The notes beneath the pieces were generated by a model, which was not told the DNA's origin, did not search any database, and saw only the letters and a program-made list of their open reading frames with translations. Of a stretch of DNA of 64,000 bases, positions 13,100 to 25,297 are shown piece by piece (position 1 is the first letter of the stretch; each line of letters starts with the position of its first letter). The stretch comes from Haliotis rubra (lineage: Eukaryota). The position numbers and the translations under genes are program-made. The stretch lies in contig NW_025767250.1 in NCBI RefSeq assembly GCF_003918875.1, forward strand, positions 310,001 through 374,000, given 5' to 3'.

Positions 13100-14450
13100 T
13101 CATATCAGCAACCAGATTCACTGCTTCAGACTCGTATGATGCATCATTTCCTAACAATGGTGTGGAGACCTCATTCACTCCCATGTTTGCTGGAACTCAA
13201 AGAATCACCTTCGTATGTTTCCATCAACTCTGTATTGTCAGTGTTGTCTAACTTTGATGACTTGATGACTTATCCTTGCATTGACATGACATGGTCAGAC
13301 TTCCTGGTGTTGTCAATACAGGTTCATGTATACCAGGTAAAGACAGCGACATAGAATTCTCTCTGTTTTTACCTTATCTGTGTATAAAATCATATGGAAT
13401 GGTTTGGCACCACATAGTTTAGAATCCTGGAAACCCTGTTCTCATTTCTATGGAAACAACATCTGCTGTCAGGTTCTGGAATTACTGGACAAACCATCAG
13501 CTCCTGGTTGTGTAAACTTCTTCTTTTGTCTTAATTATTATTATTACGGGTGTTCTTTACATGCATGAGGACATTTGATGCTATTTTCTTGGTCACTGAT
13601 TTTCAGAAGAAATACCATCTCAGGCTGCATTTCAGGCTTCCTTCATGTCACAGCTTGTGGGTTCTATGTTCATCATGCTACAGGCTGTGTGATGATTACT
13701 GAAGGAAATAACATGTTTCTTTATGCTGTTAACAAATGTTGATATAAAAATATGTGAAATTTGATCTGTCATCTTTGAGCTTTGTTGTTGGATACACAAG
13801 GGTAGCATTAGACGGAGACACATTTCTACTGGTTTCCTTAAGAAAGTCCAACAAGGGTATTTGAAACCTTAAATACCCTGACTCGGTCCAGCTTTGGATT
13901 ATAGTATAACATAGGCTCTTTTTCTCCAAGAGTCATTTAGGACAACGTTTAGTGCAGGAGAGATTATGTACCTTCAGTTATCCGGACAGCTGGGTGCAAG
14001 TCGTGATCTATTTCCAGGATAGCCCTTAAGATCAATCAGCTGTTAATGTTTTGTCCGAGGAGAGGGATTCCAGGACAGAATAGATCTTGAGAGAATGTAA
14101 TGTTTGTGATTGGTTAGGTGAGGTTTCTTTGTTTTATTGGTAACCGATGTTAGATTGGGTTGTCAACCTGTAGGCTGCTAGTGGTGGGTCTACATATTTT
14201 AACTGTAATTGAGCTGAAGGATTAGGTATCACCCGGTACTGCAGAAATGTAAACCAACTTTCATGATACTGTATCCTCATCCAAATGGAAGATGAGTCCA
14301 TATTTCTCTAACTGAAACTGGATTATGTTGTAGTTCACCTTTCTGACTAAAGGTACATATTGTGCATCACGGAACTACAGTACGTACACCACTGTGTATT
14401 CCTGTATATCTAGAGTTCACCTGAGGCAACAATTTGATAAGTTTCAATTC
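13100..14450. pseudogene. Possible Polinton/Maverick minor capsid (penton) relics, rearranged
   Basis: Plus strand ~13110-13290: ASDSYDASFPNNGVETSFT / LPCLLELKESPSYVSINSV. Minus strand ~14250-14440: KLLPQV..SGVRTV / FRDAQYVPLVRK..IIQFQL / HLPFG*GYSIMKVGLHF. Minus strand ~13600-13980: RITEGT, YYNPKLDRVRV, SHIFIS, LKISDQ. Motif recognition by eye only. Confidence 0.4.
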
Positions 14451-14570
14451 AAAATATGAAGACAATCTCCCATGTCAGGAGACATCCAGACAAGTGCACA
14501 ATGTCTTGCTGGAATTCTCTGTGGTTTTTGGCATACAGATTATCTGTAAGCATGAAAGGGAAGCTATGAT

Positions 14571-14780
14571 TACACAATGCCATTTAGAAAGTGGTCATAT
14601 GTAACATGTTATATTTGAGATCACACTTTCTCAGTAAAGTACAGATTCTAGTACTTTTGTTGGGTTGAGTCCCATCCGGGATTCGAACCCACACCCTCAG
14701 AGTCAGGCGACCCATGGCGATTAGGTGCCTGACTCTGAGAGGATGGGTTCGAATCTGGATGGGACTCAAGTATAATCCCA
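14571..14780. mobile_element. Palindromic tRNA-like element (internally deleted copy) carrying one copy of the 24-bp monomer
   Basis: Inverted arms at 14665-14708 and 14727-14769, each with GGGTTCGAATC. The left terminus TACACAATGCCATTTAGAAAGT matches the reverse complement of 29219-29240. Monomer GTACAGATTCTAGTACTTTTGTTG at 14639-14662. Confidence 0.8.
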
Positions 14781-14789
14781 GAACTTGTG

Positions 14790-15396
14790 CAGGCCTACAA
14801 AAGAAAACTTTCCCACTGTGCAGAAAAACGCAGAAAAGCCCACATTAATTGTGGAAATAGCAACATAAACATAATACCTCGCTGCTGAAACAGTAAAAAC
14901 GGCAACGAAAGACTATGAAACTGAAACATTTTTATGTCAGTGAACTTTGACCTCTACTGCACATGCGCGTTATGATCCGAGCTTCTTTAAAATTTCCCAG
15001 CAACCGTGAATCGTTCGTGCAGAAAAAGTATTGAATATGTCGAAATAATTGCTGTCAATCATTTCATTCGAATGGAAAGTATACTAAACAAGTGTGCACA
15101 CAAGTATGATGATGATAAATGCCAAATAACACAACAGAAATACTTTAAATAGGGAATGTAAGTCTTGTTCAAGCTGGAAAATGTCAACATGCTGTGGAGG
15201 CTTCCTCTTCCGTGTGCGCATGCGCAAAATCGAAGTTGCAGGCTCTTCGGTATTTTTTCTACAGTTTTAGTGATTTAAAGTGGCCGTTTTTACTGTTTCA
15301 GTAGCGAGGTATTATGTTTATGTTGCTATTTCCACGAGTAATGTGGACTTTTCAGCATTTTTCTGCACAGTGGGAAAGTTTTCTTTGGTAGGCTTG
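14790..15396. mobile_element. MITE with ~115-bp terminal inverted repeats (superfamily unassigned)
   Basis: CAGGCCTACAAAAGAAAACTTTCCCACTGTGCAGAAAAA...CAGTAAAAACGGC matches the reverse complement of 15280-15396 (CAAGCCTACCAAAGAAAACTTTCCCACTGTGCAGAAAAA...). No clear TSD. Confidence 0.9.
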
Positions 15397-16608
15397 ATGT
15401 GTGAGCATGCAATGAAAGGTTTGAGAACACTGCAGGATGGACCAATGTCATCGTGTTCCAGGGGATATGCTTTGTTATCAGCAAACATTCTGTTGGTGGC
15501 TGCTATAAAACAGTCACCTTTTACTCTCAAAGAAGCAGCCATATGTGTTGTTGGAACACATTCCTTTTTGGCACATATCAAGCAAACAGTACTTTTCTTT
15601 TCCAGAGGCGAAAAAGCCTTCTCAATTCCTCAATTCTAGAAAGATGTTAATTTTACTTAAATTCCCGTCCCCATCCCCAAGAATGGTTGGACTCTAAGCT
15701 GTGAAATATGGCTGTGTACCAGACTTGATCTTACATGATCCATGTTATGAACACTGTTAATCACACCCAAGGTTACCATGGAGTACTGGGTGGTCTCTGT
15801 CTGAAGTTTTATAATCCGCCAGTTACCGTTGTTCATGTAATGGAAATATTTGGAACTATGCGGAAAGGATTGGCATCCATATCTATAATCTAATATATTA
15901 AATGGCAGTTGGTTGCTGGGGGGAAGAGATTGAATTTTCTTTTTACTTAGACAAATGAAAACTTTATATGTTCATAATATCAGTGACTGAACTGGTCCTG
16001 ACGAACTGAAAGTCTGCTTGTGTTGGCCTAGCGATGACGGCAGTGTACCTAACCATCAGTACAGTGTGACACTGTTGTATGTGTGTGGTAGTGTGTGGAC
16101 ATGGTTGTCAGACTATTTCACCTTTCCACATGACAGATGTGTCACATCCATGAAGGAGCTTGAAAGAGTATTCCACATCTGTTCAACATCTGTGCAAGAT
16201 TTACATGCTTTAAAGATGACATAAATGAAAGCATTTGTAAAGTATATGGTTGACTTTACTCTTTACAGTTGCACATGGTGGAACAGTCAGTGAGTAGTAA
16301 TCATTGATCATTGTTTTACTGGCAGCATTGTTGGGATGCAGGAATTTTGACAAGACCTGCCATTAACCAATCTGTAGTGAAATGAAACATCTGGCCCTGC
16401 ATGCACAAACTCTGTGATTATGCCATGTCAAAAATATGTGCACATCATCAAATCACAAATGCAAAGATGGCACTCATATGTTTAGATATTGATTGTAATA
16501 GAATCTACCGATGGAGTAATTGTGAAAGTTTACAGATAGGCTTTAGTTATTTTTCAACATTGTATTCTTGACTGTATTATTTCTCATAGTACTACTGGGT
16601 TTCTTTCT

Positions 16609-16760
16609 GGGGTAGAGGGGTAGCTTCATGGTAATAGCATTCACTCATCATCTGAAAGTATGGGTTCACGTCCTCACCCGCCATATAGCTGGAATACTGC
16701 TGAGTGCGGCATGAAACTAAACTCACTCACTCACTCACTCACTTCCTTACATGAGTACAA
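16609..16760 (+). mobile_element. Old family A SINE head interrupted by a 5'-truncated family B tail
   Basis: A-type head runs to GGGTTCACGTCCTCAC, then the B tail CCGCCATATAGCTGGAATACTGCTGAGTGCGGCATGAAACTAAA(CTCA)n, then A-type sequence resumes (TTCCTTACATGAGTACAA). Confidence 0.7.
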
Positions 16761-17775
16761 GGAAGTCGGAACACTTACACACTCACTCACTGACTCACTG
16801 GCTCGCTTGCTCGCTCGCTTGCTCATTTCTTCACATGAGTACAAGAAATTCTGAACATAGTTCCTTCAGTCTCTTAGTTTTATGAGTCTATGGTTGGGCG
16901 TTGTGGATAGACCATTTGCGCAGAGTGGAAGGTTGGTTGTTTGATCCCAAGGCTACCTCATACCAAAAGACTTTAAATATTTGTTTAAATTCTGAATTGG
17001 CTAAAGCTGATACAGTTAACAAAGACACAACAGCACACACTCTTGAACTGACTTCACCAGATGGTTACTTCTTGTTACTGTGGCCTGACCAGGGCAGTAA
17101 GCAGATAACACAACGTCTGATCTGCCTGAATTCAGTGTGTCTGAGAGGGGCATCCATAGGGAACTGCCACATGGTATCTCTGGGCTGGCACTATTACACT
17201 GGCAACTGTATAGACAAGTACATGCAGCCTGATATACACTCGTGCAAGCATGTCACTGTAGTGTAGAAACATACATAAATGTGATGTTTGAGCTCATTTA
17301 ACCTCTCTTCTTATAACATGATTGATTCCTAGGGATAATTCCTGCTGGAATGTTTACAGTATTCTGATGATATTTATGTTTTGCTTAACATATAACATCT
17401 GATGCTCTTGCTAATGTATACTAGCATTTTGACAATAACAAGTTAAGGAAACATGTTTATAACATTGCTTTACAAAACCAAAATGGAAAGAGGAAAAAAT
17501 TGTGAAAAATATTATTATTAATGCCCTGAAATCTGTTAGAGCTGTTTCCAAGTCTAAAAAGCTGATGAAACAAACTATAACAGAAACAGATTCATAATGT
17601 CTTGCACTGTAATTCATTGAATTACTGGAGCCACTCAATATGCTATCTATGTACTTGCATCTAGGATATTTCCTGATAGTTCAGGAACTTGTCACATTAA
17701 ACAATCATAGTAAGCAGTTAAGGTGTTTATCTTACATATCTAAAACAACATGGATATAATTCCCATAACACACCA

Positions 17776-18822
17776 CACTATAACAATGCTGATGGAACCT
17801 GGTGCTGTAGCTCACCTACACACAACAATGCTGACGGAACCTGGTGCTGTAGCTCACCTACACACAACAATGCTGATGGAACCCGGTGCTGTAGCTCACC
17901 TACACACAACAATGCTGATGGAACCTGGTGCTGTAGCTCACCTACACACAACAATGCTGACGGAACCTGGTGCTGTAGCTCACCTACACACAACAATGCT
18001 GATGGAACCTGGTGCTGTAGTTCACCTACACACAACAATGCTGATGGAACCCGGTGCTGTAGCTCACCTACACACAACAATGCTGATGGAACCTGGTGCT
18101 GTAGCTCACCTACACACAACAATGCTGATGGAACCTGGTGCTGTAGTTCACCTACACACAACAATGCTGATGGAACCTGGTGCTGTAGCTCACCTACACA
18201 CAACAATGCTGATGGAACCTGGTGCTGTAGCTCACCTACTAGGGGTGGGTATTGCAGAGAATTTTCATATTGCAATATATTGCGATGCGAAAGCATATAT
18301 TGCGCTATGTATTGCAATATATTGCAAGAGGTTCATGCTTGATTTATAAAGTAAGAAACACAACAAAATCACTATGCTTGATTAAGCTTTAATAAAAACT
18401 TTCAAATTACTTTACCATTGCATATTTTACGTACCGCGCTCCTCTTACCTATAGTTCCATCTACCGTGATCTTTTTCAACCCAAAATGCTGCCAATCTGA
18501 AGCTTTGCCCTAGTATTTGGCACCACAATAAATATTGTTCATTGTTGGGGGTCGAGATTTTACAACAAACGCATGACTTCCTGTGTGAAAATCAGAAATA
18601 TCCGAAGATTTCCGAGTGTTACGAAGTTTTCCGAATGCATGTCAAAATACCGGTTTTCGATCAACGTATTGCAATACGTATCGTTTTCATGTCTGAACCG
18701 ATATATACCAGTAAACCGGTTATATTGCGGAACCCTATCACCTACACACAACAATGCTGATGGAACATGGTGCTGTAGCTCACCTACACACAACAATGCT
18801 GATGGAACCTGGTGCTGTAGCC
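17776..18822. repeat. Minisatellite, 42-bp unit (ACAATGCTGATGGAACCTGGTGCTGTAGCTCACCTACACACA), ~13 copies, interrupted
   Basis: Period 42 (AACAATG at 17782 and 17824). About 11 copies precede and about 2 follow the hAT insertion. Confidence 0.97.
18240..18737. mobile_element. Non-autonomous hAT transposon, 498 bp
   Basis: Termini TAGGG...CCCTA. Perfect 8-bp TSD TCACCTAC (18232-18239 / 18738-18745). Subterminal ATTGCAATA/TATTGCG repeats at both ends. Confidence 0.9.
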
Positions 18823-20663
18823 ACCGGACTGACAACAACAAACTATAACAGTCTTATTACACTTGAATTACATTCCTATTACACTGGTATATGTTATTGT
18901 AACATTTGATACCTTTCCTTTGTCATTACGGTTGAACTGAGGGCTACTTGTGTTCAGCTTATCAAAATGTTGACGTCTATTTCCGGAGGAAGTAAGTTTG
19001 TTTGTCAGAGATAAAATATCAGCTGGTCAGGGAGGATGTAATCAAACTTTATTATTTTACAATTAGCTTCTTTTATTACAGATGTATGCATTTTTAGAGA
19101 TATTTCTGATATAAGTAAATACCACCAACTGTACAACAGTACCATGACTGATGTCAGAACAATCCACCACGACTGTTTAATTTACATGATGGCTGAGCTG
19201 TCATTGACCTTAGATTTCAGTTGGTGGAGTCGTGACTCTTCACCGTTGTCTGGGCTATTTCTGAGCCATGGGAAGAACTGTAGACATAATATACATCTCA
19301 TACCTGTTCTCCATTCAAGCTGTAATCCAATTTTCACCCAAATCTGAGGTAGGGCAAAGAACATGGAATTGGTTTCAGTCCAGGCCCATGGTTAATTAAC
19401 AGCTACACGCATCTATTCAAACATAGGTCCTGGCCATGTTTGCTTGATCACTTAACTGCTGTGGTGAACTGAATTAATGAAGCTGGGTAACTGAAGCCAC
19501 AGACAGACATTTACACTGTAAATATGGCAGTATTGTCACAAGTTTGCAGTTTTATTTTCCAAGTTCTTATTAGATAATGGCTGGTTGGAGTATTCTGATG
19601 GTGTCTCAAGTTCATGATGTTCTTCAACATTGTTTTCAGTGGTGAACTGGAATATCACATATCCAACCCACATCTTTGACCATGACTTCAGAGGCAACAG
19701 AACACCCAGGAATCTCAGATAACTGTATTAGTCCTGAAATAGATTTGTATCATATGTGCAGGACTCAAGTATCACTGTTTTTTGGCTGGAATTACAAAAG
19801 AAACAGGAACGGCGTAATTTAGTTGTTCTTCAGTGTCACAGGTTTATGGATTTGTATTATGAGGTAGTAATATGATGTGTATAATCTTCCTCTAAATTAT
19901 GTGCTGGTATCCCAGCAACACATATATATGTTCTTGACTTGTGGCTAAATGGTACCCTGATGTGAGGAGACACTAAGTGTTGGATAACCACATGTGGCAT
20001 ACTGGTTGAAGAAGGTGAAGAAACTGTCATGCTTCTCTGGAGATCCTGTTGGCACCAAGCTCTGCAGATCATAAGTTAAAAACAGCATATGTCCTGCCTG
20101 TAATTGTTGGCTTTTGATGTTTGAAGAAATGTTTGATTTCAAATTTAAGAAATGAATCTTGTTCTTTGACAAAACTTCCAGAACACTTTATGAGTGACAT
20201 TGGAGCAATGTCACATCAAGTGCAACACAAGGAGTAAAAGAAGAAAATGAAATCATAAAGCAATCATGTATTTATCATGCTGTTCTGCGCAAGATCATTT
20301 CTGTTAACATTGCCTTTATAAATAAATCTATAAATAATCTATATCTTTTATTAGATAACATCTAATAAATCATTTACAAATTAGATTTTTGTTGGTTTAA
20401 GCAGCTATGTATACATCTGTCTCTCTGTATCTGGGAATTGTTTTATAAACTGACAACTGTCATAATTAGGTTTTCTACCAACATATGACTCTGTGTTCTG
20501 GCACTGATACTATGGTTTTCCTACTGAAGAGTCTCTAATTAAACAATGTTTTGCTGTGTATGACAATGCCAATAATTCCCCTAATCATATTGTCTCAAAC
20601 CCGTTTCTCTCAGCATCATGATATGCATGTGTTCCCGGAAATTGAAGCTTTTCTTTACAGAAA

Positions 20664-21072
20664 CTCCCTGTATCAGCTCCCTGTATCAGATATCCCTGTA
20701 TCAGCTCCCTGTATCAGCTCCCTGTATCAGCTGCCTGTATCCCTGTATCAGCTGCCTGTATCAGCTCCCTGTATCCCTGTATCCCTGTATCAGCTGCCTG
20801 TATCCCTGTATCAGCTCCCTGTATCCCTGTATCAGCCCTGTATCAGCTCCCTGTATCCCTGTATCAGCTGCCTGTATCAGCTCCCTGTATCCCTGTATCA
20901 GCTCCCTGTATCAGCTCCCTCCCTGTATCAGCTCCTGTATCCTGTAGCTCCTCCTGTATCAGCTCCCTATATCCCTGTATCAGCTGCCTGTATCAGCTGC
21001 CTGTAGCTGTATCAGCTCCTTATAGCCCTGTATCTTGTATCAGCTCCTGTATCCCTGTATCCCTGTATCAGC
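20664..21072. repeat. Compound minisatellite of 13-bp CAGCTCCCTGTAT and 8-bp CCCTGTAT units
   Basis: Direct reading of the repeats. Confidence 0.93.
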
Positions 21073-21512
21073 TCTCTTCAATAGCAGCTCCCTGTAGCAA
21101 CTCTCTTCAATAGCAACTCCCTATAGCAACTCTCTTCAATAGCAACTCTCCAATAGCAGCAACTCTCTTCAATAGCAACTCCTTATAGCAACTCTCTTCA
21201 ATAGCAACTCCCTATAGCAACTCTCTTCAATAGCAACTCCCTATAGCAACTCTCTTCAATAGCAACTCCCTATAGCAACTCTCTTCAATAGCAACTCCCT
21301 ATAGCAACTCTCTTTAATAGCAACTCCTTATAGCAACTCTCTTCAATAGCAACTCCCTATAGTAACTCTCTTCAATAGCAACTCCCTATAGCAACTCTCT
21401 TCAATAGCAACTCCCTATAGCAACTCTCTTCAGTAGCAACTCCCTATAGCAACTCTCTTCAGTAGCAACTCCCTATGGCAACTCTTTTCAATAGCAACTC
21501 CCTATAGCAACT
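21073..21512. repeat. Minisatellite, 29-bp dimeric unit AGCAACTCTCTTCAAT+AGCAACTCCCTAT, ~15 copies
   Basis: Direct periodicity; abuts the previous array. Confidence 0.95.
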
Positions 21513-22167
21513 GTACAAGATTAGCAGATGATCATGGAAAGGGTTTTTGTGCTTGAGAGTCTGAATTTCCTGAAAATAAGAGAACACTGACTTCATTTCA
21601 GTTATATTTCATCGGACAATTACACACATAATCTAATATATGTTCAGTTCAGAGAACATCTTGGTGAAAAACACACTCGTCTTTGACTCCAAAGGGTGAT
21701 CTAATTTGATTGGTCGGTTTTGCTAAATTTGATGTAGTTAATGAGTGATAACCACATCACTTCACTGAATACTTGTAAAAGAAAGAGTCTGTTTACTGTG
21801 TTTGTCATTGTAGAATTTTGTTTGATTTTAAATTTGCTTTGATTTATTGGTGTTTAATCAACAATGAACCAACTTAAGATTTGAAAGAGAGGTTTTAGGT
21901 CTATCCTCAAATTTGTACATGCCATTCCATATTATGATTCAGTTATCTTGAAAGTGATTCATACCAATACGAACCATTTGCTGGATATAACTGTCCACTC
22001 ACGTGAAGCGTACACTCTGATGCAGTAGTATTAATATGGTGCCATTCATGCAGCTGCTGTACATAATTATTCAGATCCAGACTTCACTACATGTGTTTTT
22101 TGAAATAGACCCATGTTCAGCCAGATCATGGTTTGTGGATGTTATGAGAACATTCAGAGTGTTAGCT

Positions 22168-22341
22168 GGTTCCACACAGAACTATAACATGGTTCCACAC
22201 AGCCAGAACTATAACATGGTTCCACACAGACAGAACTATAACATGGTTCCACACAGCCAGAACTATAACATGGTTCCACACAGACAGAACTATAACATGG
22301 TTCCACACAGACAGAACTATAACATGGTTCCACACAGCCAG
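22168..22341. repeat. Minisatellite, 27-bp unit (CCACACAG[C/A]CAGAACTATAACATGGTT), ~6 copies
   Basis: Direct periodicity; 9-aa repeat in the ORF track. Confidence 0.95.
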
Positions 22342-23215
22342 TCACTCAAACACAGATATATAGTCAGTGCACCGAGAAATAAATGACCATGAAATGAGTT
22401 AAGCTCAGATGCAATGATGCAATTTTCATTTTCTAACATGCCAGTCAGATTGCCTCGATTCACAATTTGCCCCACCAATTCCACAGGGCCACAGAGTTCC
22501 TGTTGTTCTGTGATTGGTTGTCAGAATTGCATCTGTCATACAAATAAACCCATTTCATCGAGTTTTTTCATGTGGTAAATTGTTTTGAGGGCTAATCGGC
22601 TTGACAGGGAGTAAAGGTTGCATGGCTTAATATTCGTCCCCAAGCCGTGTTGGATGATTTCCGTTGCTTTAATCTTTCCCAATATACGAGTAAATGGAAA
22701 TCAATGGCTACAACCAGATCTTCAGATGGGTTTGGAAGAAATGGGATGAACGTGCACATGAAAGAGACTGATGTCAGGCAGCTCAAACTCTTCTCGGTGG
22801 AATATTAACTAACTTATCAGTGATGGACATGATTGCTTTTTGGTGCAATATCATGTTATGTGTGAGGTGTCAACTGAAGTATGTGTCAGGGGAATCATCA
22901 CAGTGTGACTTGTCAGCCGTGATGTTGTTTGTGACAGTGCAAGAATCACACAACACTGAAAACCAGGAGGTCTGTAACTACATGCTTGCTCTGTAGACAT
23001 TGAGGAACCACAGCAAGACAATGTGAGGAGGTGATACAACCAGAGATACATGGCTGTCAGTCAGATCCTAGGGTGTCAGAACACACTACAGGAACACATG
23101 CTGGCGTGCTGTGTGCATCCTAAATGGTTTAAAGTTAAAACTTAGAATTCAAACTTCACTGCAAACATATTTGATCAATAGCAAAATCATTTAGATATAA
23201 CAGTTGTGTAGATAT

Positions 23216-23363
23216 AGGTGTGGTAGTTTAATGGTAAAGCCATTAAGTATTCGAACTGAAGACGTGTTCATTTTTCCACCATCAGGGAACAATATGTGAA
23301 GCCCTTGTTTGATGATCTCAACATTATCATGCTTATGATATTGCTAATTTCAACATAAAATCA
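23216..23363 (+). mobile_element. Highly degenerate family A SINE
   Basis: GGTGTGGTAGTTTAATGGTAAAGC...CTGAAGAC...ACAATATGTGAAGCCC...GATATTGCTAA. Confidence 0.6.
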
Positions 23364-25297
23364 TGTGAATGATTCTCCAGAAGAAAAAAATTATGCTACT
23401 GAAATTTTTAAATTTTTTAAGTGGCAACTGTCTGCTGTCTCCTAACGTTCTTCCTATATTTTTGTGGCAGTCTATACACTGTAACTTGTAATTCTGCTAT
23501 AATGTGAAACCTGTTAGTCAGACCCACTATACAAGTGCATGATTGAAATGTTACCACTTCAGCCAGATCCTTGAAGTAGACGCAGATGTTTTCATCCACT
23601 CTGTTCAAGCCACATGAAGCACAAATGGTTACAATGTAAAGAAATACTCATGTAAAAAGTAGGTTTCACTTTAAGAAAGTTTAATATCCTTAAGTAGAGG
23701 GGGAATTTCCCCCAGAACATGATACAAAGACACTGAAATGTCCATTTCATTGTTAATTCAGTGAGGTTCCCCTACATCATGTTCAGACCCATTTCTAGTG
23801 AAATCCATCACACTGGCTATATTAGATTGACAAATGTGAAATCTAATTTTCACAGCATAATTCAATGCTGGGGAGCAAAAACCCTTCACCACCACGTTGC
23901 ATGGGATCTTATTTCTAGTTCCAGCTCTCCGCTAAATGGACTGCTTGTATGCATGGCAATGGCTTCCTAAAAGCCGCCCTGAAAGAGCTCTTCATTGCCA
24001 AGCACATGAAGAAGGTAAAAAGAGAAAGATGTTGTACATCAGAGACATTTGCTGTTGCTACTGGCAAAGTTACGTTAGCTCATCGACCACTCATTTAACA
24101 GGAGATTGATCTGAGGTCTGAATTTTCATCGGGGAAATCAATTTGTCTTGCAACGTGGGGAATATGGTCTATGTGCCTTAAGAAACAAACTAAATGGTCC
24201 ATTTGATCCTGAGCGCTAAACACAGCCTTTACCAATTTGCACACCTAACACTCTTAGTTTATACTTTCAGTGCTTTTTATCAATGGAAGTTTTCTGCTGG
24301 ATATAACTGAAAGATCCCACTTGTATCCCCTGATAAATTTGATGGTTGCTTCCTATTTATGTGATTTTACCTCTTTTTTCAATTTACTTTGAGAAATAAC
24401 TGCAGCAGATGTGAAAATGAAATATAAATTGATCGTTTATATAGGTGTCAGGTTTTACTTATTTCTAGTTTGTGATATTTTTGTTTAGAATAAATCGTCT
24501 TCACACCATCGACGCTCAAGATATATGACCAGTCTGAAGTTAAAATATGGATTTTAAAAAATTGAAAATGTATAGTTTTATTGCTTTAGGTGGTAACCTT
24601 TGACCTTCAATATAATGTTGTAATCTAAGTTTGCTGCCTGTTGGATTTCTGTGTTGGATGTATCCCCCAGAATGTATGGTTGTTGTAAGAACTGGCAACA
24701 GTGTGGATATAAATCAGGAGTCAATATGTGACTTGGTTAACTACAGGTTGGGACATTGCTCATACTGTTAGCGTCTAGGTCATGTGTCTCAGACCTCAAT
24801 ATCTGGAGGCTGCCAGGAGCTTTTTGTGATGTCGCTCAAACAACATTCATCCCTCACTCATGGTAAAGCTGTCAGTGTAAAAAGCCTCGGACGGCATGGT
24901 GTAGCTCTGACACATCATCCTACAAGAGAATGCTTTTATTTATATTTTATCACACATGTCCATCTGGTAGTGAAGCATCATTAACTGTGTGTCACTGCAC
25001 ATGTTAGACATTGGTTTGCCTGGTTCGATCTGACCGACAGCCTGCCGTGGTGGTGGATTATTGGCTGCTGCAGCACTGACCTGAAAATACAACCCACAAC
25101 TAACACTGTAAAGATAGACTTTGACATTTACGCTTACAACTTAGACAATATGCTGAGCAGAGTTAATTATTTTTAATGATCCATCAATTAAAAATACTTA
25201 AAGATCAGTTAAAACCAAGTATAACAATGCAGGACCTGATCACGTCAACACTGAGATGCTTTACATATGTCAGTGTGGGATCATGCTTTCTCATTAA

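Noticed and set aside
22590-22810. Possible exon (open frame ...MATTRSSDGFGRNGMNVHMKETDVRQLKLFSVEY*)
   Set aside because: No recognisable domain or convincing splice sites
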